64,000 nucleotides of DNA from an uncultured Rhodopirellula sp. (GTDB lineage Bacteria; Planctomycetota; Planctomycetia; Pirellulales; Pirellulaceae). The DNA lies in contig CAXGAI010000022.1 of the NCBI GenBank assembly GCA_964007735.1, positions 1 to 64,000 of the forward strand, written 5' to 3'. Positions 58,145-64,000 of this stretch are shown one piece after another; the first letter of the stretch is position 1, and each line of letters opens with the position of its first letter. A program made the position numbers and the translations under genes. A model generated the notes under the pieces. It worked only from the letters and a program-made list of their open reading frames with translations, was not told the origin of the DNA and did no database searches.

Positions 58145-59143
58145 ATGAGATTCGGGATGTGTTTGTTACCTCTTCTAACACTGCTGGTGGGAATGCCCCC
58201 CGTAGATGCTGAAGAGAACCCTGCGGTTCGTATTGTCTGGCATGCCAACCTTGAAAAAGGTCTCGCATTGGCTAAACAAACCAATCGGCCTGTCTTTCTA
58301 GTCTCCGGGGCACCTGCCTGTCTTGGCGTTCCAGGCATTTGGTGACCAGGGTTTACTGGTTCAACCAGTCGGTTCCTGGTTCAGGAACCTGTCGTAGAAG
58401 CATCGCGTGATTGGGTCTGTATTCGGTTGCTTACTTATGAAAGTGAGAGTGAGTATAAATATATGGAACAATTGCTGGGGGTCACTGACGGGACATTGCC
58501 GAACACAGTGTTTTGTCTGCTATCCCCGGACGGCAAGACAAAGTTGACTCGGCCTACACGTGGCCCCAGTATTTTTCGCACACCGGAGAATATGGCTGTT
58601 CAGATGAAACGTTTGGCATCTCGCTATAAGCCGGCTGTGCCAAACTCCTTTGTTGCACCGGTTCCTCTTGTTGACCGAGTCGATCTGGCAATGAATGTGG
58701 CTGCCAGTGATAATCGTCCGCTGGTCGTCTTTTATCACCCCTCCTCAGCCGATTTGAAGATGTTGGTTGAATCCTCCAGACCGATTGTTTGGGATGCCGA
58801 ATTGGCGGGCCAATTTATGTACGCGGCCACATCCAGCAAAGAAGACCTTAAGGCCATGGTTAATGCATCCGGCGACGCCGGAGTTTATATCGTGGAACCT
58901 GACGAATATGGGGTGTCAGGTAAAATCGTACGCCACGTCGAATGGGATGAAGTGGCAGACAGCCTTAATCGCGAATTGTTACGTGCTCTGGTGAAATTTG
59001 AGCCGTTTCAAAAGAATCATCAACAACATATTCGAGATGGCTATGTATTTGGGATCGAGTGGGAAACGATTGTGCCTGAATCAGATCCGATGTCTGTTCA
59101 GGCGAAGCGACGATTTAAGTCCCGCTTCAACGGAATGGATTAA
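58145..59143 (+). CDS. Putative exported selenoprotein, thioredoxin-like fold (W-U-P-G; UGA at 58343-58345)
   Basis: ORFs 58145-58345 and 58427-59143 share a frame, with 27 open codons after a single TGA. Read-through gives a 332-aa protein: signal peptide, IVW..NL..GLALAK.TNRPVFLV...ACLGVPGIW-U-PG...VVEASRDWVCIRL. Confidence 0.7.
58345..58389 (+). other. Putative SECIS-like structured RNA (alternative hairpins) 3' of the UGA
   Basis: Perfect hairpins ACTGGT-tca-ACCAGT (58355-69) and GGTTCCTG-gtt-CAGGAACC (58371-89). Alternative pairings are ACCAGG/CCTGGT (58345-50/58375-80) and AACCAG-tcggttc-CTGGTT (58363-81). Confidence 0.45.
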
Positions 59144-59146
59144 ACG

Positions 59147-59986
59147 ATGAACTCCAGAGTTTGGTATTTTTTTCTTGGCATGCTTGTTGTCGCGGTGAGT
59201 GAAGCCAACCAGAAGCCCGCCGGGGAAGGTTTTCGGGGGCCAACGGTTGTTGCCCACCGTGGATTGATTCTCGATGCGCCTGAAAATACGCTCGCGAGCT
59301 TTAAGGCATGCCTGGAGTTGGGTTTTGGCTTTGAATTGGATGTACAGCGGACCAAGGATGGGCATTTGATGTGCCTGCATGATACGACGATCGATCGTAC
59401 GACCGGTGGTAAGGGCCCCCTGTCTGAACTAACTCGGTATCAAACCGTTGGTTTAGATGCCGGCAGTTGGTTTTCCCGACGCTTTAAGAATCAGCGCATC
59501 CCTGGAATAGATCAGGTATTCAGTTTGATTGCGTCCTACCCCAAATCGTCAGCAATTTATGCTGTCGATATTAAACTGGATGATGCAAAGGTTGAAACGG
59601 ATCTGGTCGTCCTGGCAAAGAAGTATGATATTCTTGATCGGCTTTTGTTCATTGGGAATACAATACAGGATGCTCAGGTTAGACAAAGGCTATATGCGGC
59701 AGACCGAACTGTACAGATGGCGGCCGTTGCCCACGATTCTAAGGAACTTGTCGTCTCGCTTGCCAATCCACTGACGACATGGGTTTATGTGCGTTACCTC
59801 CCCAGTCCTGCAGAGATCACTAAGATTCGTGCCCGAGGGAAACGGATCTTTATCGCCGGGAACACGGTTGCAGGTCACCAAGCTGATAATTGGGCGTATT
59901 GTATTGGCCATGGTGTCGACGCAATTCTGACCGATTATGCAATGGAACTCGGGCGTCAGCTTCGCCGTTCCCATCAGGCTAAGTGA
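59147..59986 (+). CDS. Glycerophosphodiester phosphodiesterase family protein
   Basis: VVAHRG, PENTLASF, FELDV..TKDG, HD.T.DRTT, LDAGSWF, GVDAILTD. Confidence 0.9.
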   Translation: MNSRVWYFFLGMLVVAVSEANQKPAGEGFRGPTVVAHRGLILDAPENTLASFKACLELGFGFELDVQRTKDGHLMCLHDTTIDRTTGGKGPLSELTRYQTVGLDAGSWFSRRFKNQRIPGIDQVFSLIASYPKSSAIYAVDIKLDDAKVETDLVVLAKKYDILDRLLFIGNTIQDAQVRQRLYAADRTVQMAAVAHDSKELVVSLANPLTTWVYVRYLPSPAEITKIRARGKRIFIAGNTVAGHQADNWAYCIGHGVDAILTDYAMELGRQLRRSHQAK

Positions 59987-61325
59987 GCCCGGGCAGTTCG
60001 TCGTCGGCAGTCCCGAAGTGATCCACATTGACTCCCATACGATGAAGCATTGAGAGATAATATCCATTGAGGTCAGTGTTTTTTGAGTAATCTAGATAAC
60101 GCCCGGTTTTAATGTTCAGGTTGGAGCCACCGGCAAATAACACTGGCAGATTGTCTGCTGAGTGTTCGTGACCGTCCCCTAAACTAGACCCGTAAACGAT
60201 CATTGAGTTATCCAGTAAGGTGGCGTCTCCTTCTTTGATTCCACGCATTTGGTCGAGTAGGTATGCGACTTGCTCATGATGCCAACGCGTTACGGCATTG
60301 TACATCCCGCGTTTCTCTTTGACGCTGGACCAACTGGTGAGCCCATCATCATCTTCCGTTTCACCGGAGATATCATGGTAATGAGATAACGCATGCCATG
60401 TTCCCTCGACTCCGTCGATAAAGTTGAAATATCGATTGCTTTGTCCGTGATCAAGCATGAACGTTGAAACTCGAGTGGCATCTGCCCAAAATCCTAATAC
60501 GATCATATCCAGCATCAGTTTCATATATTCGCCGTGATCCGCCGGGATGCCTGCTGCAGGCCGTTTTAGTCGCTCGTTGAGCAAGTCATTGTCTTGCGCA
60601 AGGGCAGCTTGTTTGTCGGAGAACTTCAGCCGTCGTTCGATGGCCTGTATAGAGGTTAAATATTGATCTAACTTGTCCCTATCCACAGCTCCTAACTGTT
60701 GCTGTAAAGATTTGGCATCTTCTAAAATTAGATCCAGTACGCTACTATCCGGCGCAAATTGATCTGAAGTACGGAACATTTGGTCAAAGATGATTCGGGG
60801 TTCAATTTCGCGGGCTGCTGGCGTTTGTCTATCGATCCAGGAGATCGTATTGCGAGGAAGGCTTTTAGAGAAGAATCCCTCGCCGCGGACTGACAACTGT
60901 AGCGAGTCAAGGAGTGTATCCTGACCTACATGTTTCGCAGCTAATTGGTCAACGGACATTCCACCTGCACTAACCTCGCGTCCAGAGTATTCACCACCTG
61001 TTAGCCAAGTGGCGGTTCCCGCCATATGTCCATTGCCACGGGGTGTCCAAACATTGCGAGGAATGAGTAAGTCTTTTTTATGCCTGTCCAGCGGACTCAT
61101 CCATGGATTCAGCTTCTCAAGTGTGCCGTCGGCCCCGGTTTTCTCTGGCCTCCAACTCCCTTCCGCCACACCGTTTGGGAAATACAGAAAGGCCATCCGT
61201 GCCTGGGGGGCTTGCTTATCGAACTCCCCGTTCGCATCGGACATGCATTCAAGAAGCGGTAAAGCCAGAGACGCGCCGATTCCCCGGAGGACCGAGCGAC
61301 GTGAAAGATGCCACGGTTTATTCAT
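59979..61325 (-). CDS. DUF1552 domain protein (Tat leader)
   Basis: SRRSVLRG.GASLALP.LE.M, YFPNG, SVDQ, D.TRVST, HALSH, LLDNSMIVYGS. ATG 61325 overlaps the upstream stop (ATGAATAA). Confidence 0.88.
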   Translation of the reverse strand: MNKPWHLSRRSVLRGIGASLALPLLECMSDANGEFDKQAPQARMAFLYFPNGVAEGSWRPEKTGADGTLEKLNPWMSPLDRHKKDLLIPRNVWTPRGNGHMAGTATWLTGGEYSGREVSAGGMSVDQLAAKHVGQDTLLDSLQLSVRGEGFFSKSLPRNTISWIDRQTPAAREIEPRIIFDQMFRTSDQFAPDSSVLDLILEDAKSLQQQLGAVDRDKLDQYLTSIQAIERRLKFSDKQAALAQDNDLLNERLKRPAAGIPADHGEYMKLMLDMIVLGFWADATRVSTFMLDHGQSNRYFNFIDGVEGTWHALSHYHDISGETEDDDGLTSWSSVKEKRGMYNAVTRWHHEQVAYLLDQMRGIKEGDATLLDNSMIVYGSSLGDGHEHSADNLPVLFAGGSNLNIKTGRYLDYSKNTDLNGYYLSMLHRMGVNVDHFGTADDELPGLT

Positions 61326-63192
61326 GATTAGCCTCACTTAGTTTCTGAGGAGCCAACTTATTTTGAAATGGATAGCTGTAGATAATGCTCTTGATGAGGG
61401 TGTGTAATTTGAAATTGTTGGCCTCCATCTCTTTATAGATAGAACTAATTGCCGGTTCGTCATAGTATTCAAGTTGACGACCCAACGCATAGGATAATAA
61501 CCTGCGAGTAAGCTGTTTTACGAATTCTTCGTGATAACTACCAACGATAGCGAGCTTTAAACCGGCCGGACCGTTCACTTTAGTCCCATTTGATAGGGTG
61601 GTCTGCGTGCTGATAACCCTGCCTCGATAACGAGTCTGGTAACGTCCAAAGAAATCAAAGCTTTCAAGCGCCACGCCGAGTGGATCGATTTGGTCATGGC
61701 ATGAAGCACAACGTTTGTTTTCTCGATGTAGTGCTAGTTTTTCTGCGGTGGATAAGTCACGCCGACGTTCAACACTAGGTTCAAATTCAGCAGCTCCCGG
61801 AGGTGGTGGAGGTGGTGGAGTGCCGAGTATTGTAGTCAGCACCCAGTTCCCTCGTACGATAGGACTCGTGCGACCGGGGAATGAGGTGACAGCTAGCAGA
61901 CTACCCTGCCCCAGCAACCCACCACGATGGGGAGAGGTGAGATTGATTTTTCTCATCTCAGCGCCGCGAATGCCGGGGATACGATAATGTCTTGCGAGCT
62001 CTTCATTGATAAAGGTATAGTCTGCCAATAAGAGTTCTGTAGCGGAAACGTCGTTGCGGAACGCGTGATTGATCAGCATTGACGTTTCCTGCCTCATAGC
62101 GGTCATGAGCGTGTCGGTACACCAGGGGTTGTCAATGGGATCCATGCGGATACGAGTCCCCAGATGCTGAAAGCCAAGCCACTGGCCTCCAAAGATGTCC
62201 CCTAGAGTGTCCGCTCTGGGAGAATCCAACATGCGTTGAATTTGTTCCGCGAGGACCGTTTTGTCAAACAACCTTTCCTCCTTTGCGAGTTTGAAAAGTT
62301 GGTCGTCCGGCATGCTTGCCCATAGAAAATAGGAGAGTCGGTTTGCCATGTCATAATCAGAGATTTGGAACTCTTCGTCCCGTGCAAGCATCGCTTCAGA
62401 TTTGAATAGGAACTGCGGGGAAATCAGGGCCGTATCGATGATTTTCTTGTACGCTTGGCTGAGGTCTTTTGTTTTCCTGTAGGTGGCAAGGAACAAGGCC
62501 TGATACCGTTCTTTTTCTTGCTCTGTGGCTGGTCGGCGAAACGCCCGGGAGAGAAAGGTATGCAGGAACAGTGCTGGCGTCACCGGACCTTCTACACTTA
62601 GATTTATTGCTAGAAGTGCATGTAAATCTGAATATTCGTCTCGGAGGATCGTATTGCTGATTTCGTCGGAAGCATGGACGAAACGCTCGAATAACTGAGG
62701 TTGGAGAAAGAGCGTGTTGGCGGAGTTGTCAAAGCCGCTTTTACCAGTTAAGTCGGCCGGGAACTTTGAACTGGGGCTCAGTTCGATTCCAAAAAGATCT
62801 GACAGAGTGTTATCGTATTCGATATTGGATAGCCGTCTCGCAGGCTCGTAACCAGGGTTCTGGATCGTCGAGTAATCAAAATGATCGATTTTGTTGACAA
62901 GAAGCTTCAGCATCGTCTGCCGGTCTTGCGAGCTCGGTTGCTCAGAATCTTCAGGTGGCATTTCCCCACCCTTGATTCGATCGATGACGGTTTTCCATTG
63001 CTGAGCGTTACGAACGAGAGGTTTTTGTTGTAGTAGCCCGGGTACGTCCAGTTGGCCCTGTGCTTCATCTGAATTGTGGCAGTCGGCACAGTGTCTTTCG
63101 AGAAGTTGTTCAAGCTGCTGCGCGTGAGCATATTCGGCGAGGCCGAAAAAAGAGACGGTAAATACCCAAATCAGTGTTCTCATGTTTCTCAT
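61318..63192 (-). CDS. Planctomycete cytochrome c / DUF1587-DUF1595-DUF1592-DUF1588-DUF1585 (PSD2-5/PSCyt3) protein
   Basis: CADCH and CASCH, RRLSNIEYDNTL.DL, GFDN, RAFRRP, SPQFLF, RLSYFLWASMPD, RGGLLGQ, TSPIVRG, YALGR. Confidence 0.9.
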   Translation of the reverse strand: MRNMRTLIWVFTVSFFGLAEYAHAQQLEQLLERHCADCHNSDEAQGQLDVPGLLQQKPLVRNAQQWKTVIDRIKGGEMPPEDSEQPSSQDRQTMLKLLVNKIDHFDYSTIQNPGYEPARRLSNIEYDNTLSDLFGIELSPSSKFPADLTGKSGFDNSANTLFLQPQLFERFVHASDEISNTILRDEYSDLHALLAINLSVEGPVTPALFLHTFLSRAFRRPATEQEKERYQALFLATYRKTKDLSQAYKKIIDTALISPQFLFKSEAMLARDEEFQISDYDMANRLSYFLWASMPDDQLFKLAKEERLFDKTVLAEQIQRMLDSPRADTLGDIFGGQWLGFQHLGTRIRMDPIDNPWCTDTLMTAMRQETSMLINHAFRNDVSATELLLADYTFINEELARHYRIPGIRGAEMRKINLTSPHRGGLLGQGSLLAVTSFPGRTSPIVRGNWVLTTILGTPPPPPPPGAAEFEPSVERRRDLSTAEKLALHRENKRCASCHDQIDPLGVALESFDFFGRYQTRYRGRVISTQTTLSNGTKVNGPAGLKLAIVGSYHEEFVKQLTRRLLSYALGRQLEYYDEPAISSIYKEMEANNFKLHTLIKSIIYSYPFQNKLAPQKLSEANHE

Positions 63193-63345
63193 TCTAGTAA
63201 AACGTGCTTTTGGGGTGCAGGGGAGACATTGGGTGTAATTAAATGAAAGTCGGCCAAAGAAAGCATATTTGGTACAATCGATGGTATTAGTCCTTCATTG
63301 CGACTCTGTTTTTGCGCGTTATAGAAGTGGAATTCCGGGGAAAGT

Positions 63346-64000
63346 ATGAGCAAGTCTCTTCTTAGGTATTGCATGAGCCTGACATTGGCTGGATTGCTGA
63401 GCGGTTCGGTTTGCGCGGATCATTTTGAGGACGATATCAAACCCTATTTGCAGAAGTTTTGCTTCGACTGCCATGGTCAGAAAGAACCAAAAGGAGGCCT
63501 CAATCTAACGGCCTTTGACTCGGATCGCAGTTTGGTGAAAAATTTTCGCCGCTGGGACAACATTACAACATTTATACGTAGCGGGGAGATGCCTCCGAAG
63601 GGATCTCCTCAGCCGGAAATTGAACAAAGTAATGCGGTTTTAGCTGCTGTCGAAAGTGTCCTGCTGGAAGAGGCTCGTAAACACGCCGGCGACCCCGGCT
63701 TTGTGCCACCACGACGTTTGAGCAATACAGAATATGATCATTCTATTCGTGATCTCACGGGTGTTGATATTCGCCCCACCCGTAATTTTCCTGCCGACCC
63801 TGCCGGTGGAGAAGGTTTTGATAATACTGGCGAAGCATTAAGTATGTCTCCTAACTTGCTAAAGAAATATCTCGCTGCAGCTCAGGAGGTCGCTGATCAC
63901 TTGTTGCTGAAGACTGATGGTATCACCTTCGCACCGACGCCGGCTGTGTCGTACAACGAGCGTCGGAAACTTACCGAGTTGGCAATCATAGATTTTTACA
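63346..64000 (+). CDS. Planctomycete cytochrome c / DUF1587-type protein (5' part, runs off the window)
   Basis: Not in the ORF track. Manual translation: MSKSLLRYCMSLTLAGLLSGSVCADHFEDDIKPYLQKFCFDCHG...GEMPP...RRLSNTEYDHSIRDLTG...GFDNTGEAL. Confidence 0.88.
   Translation, partial: MSKSLLRYCMSLTLAGLLSGSVCADHFEDDIKPYLQKFCFDCHGQKEPKGGLNLTAFDSDRSLVKNFRRWDNITTFIRSGEMPPKGSPQPEIEQSNAVLAAVESVLLEEARKHAGDPGFVPPRRLSNTEYDHSIRDLTGVDIRPTRNFPADPAGGEGFDNTGEALSMSPNLLKKYLAAAQEVADHLLLKTDGITFAPTPAVSYNERRKLTELAIIDFY

Noticed and set aside
61795..61822. GGTGGTGGA repeat
   Set aside because: It encodes the PPPPPP motif normal for DUF1588-type domains and is not a DNA repeat element.
63189..63374. 61-aa minus-strand ORF
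   Set aside because: It spans the divergent promoter region and overlaps the start of the real plus-strand cytochrome gene at 63346, with no protein-like features.
1..64000. Genome-wide TGA reassignment (code 4 or 25) as the explanation of the split ORFs
   Set aside because: Complete proteins end at TGA (for example the SDR at 16542, the transporter at 44363, TlpA at 58068, DUF1501 at 52337), and long ORFs have no internal TGA. The two cases are site-specific.
1..64000. CRISPR arrays, tRNA/rRNA (including tRNA-Sec), IS elements, integrases, phage or defence genes
   Set aside because: Intergenic gaps are short and I saw no repeat-spacer pattern, cloverleaf or transposase/integrase motifs. 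This was by eye only; tRNAscan-SE and Infernal would be decisive.

Overview
This 64 kb window is gene-dense bacterial DNA. The gene content points to a Planctomycetota genome; that is inferred from the families present, not from a marker gene. It holds 6 Cys-type sulfatases, 7 DUF1501 proteins, 3 PSCyt/DUF1549-DUF1553 (PSD1) c-type cytochrome proteins, a DUF1592/DUF1552 pair plus a second partial DUF1587-type gene, PhoX, a GH36 glycosidase, transporters, and a six-gene aldolase/dehydrogenase/LLM catabolic operon. I found no rRNA, tRNA, CRISPR or mobile elements. The main hidden signal is two ORF pairs in the ORF track (15068-15259 + 15278-15646, and 58145-58345 + 58427-59143). Each pair is one reading frame broken by a single in-frame TGA at a redox-motif position (C-Y-R-[TGA] and W-[TGA]-P-G), followed by SECIS-like hairpins. 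Both proteins have signal peptides and both sit beside a TlpA-type CxxC thioredoxin, so they are candidate exported selenoproteins that standard gene callers would split. Also notable: a circularly permuted LamG domain inserted inside the GH36 barrel, a Pho-box-like 11-bp-period repeat upstream of phoX, and an uncalled 59-aa membrane protein. All family assignments come from motif recognition; no database searches were run.
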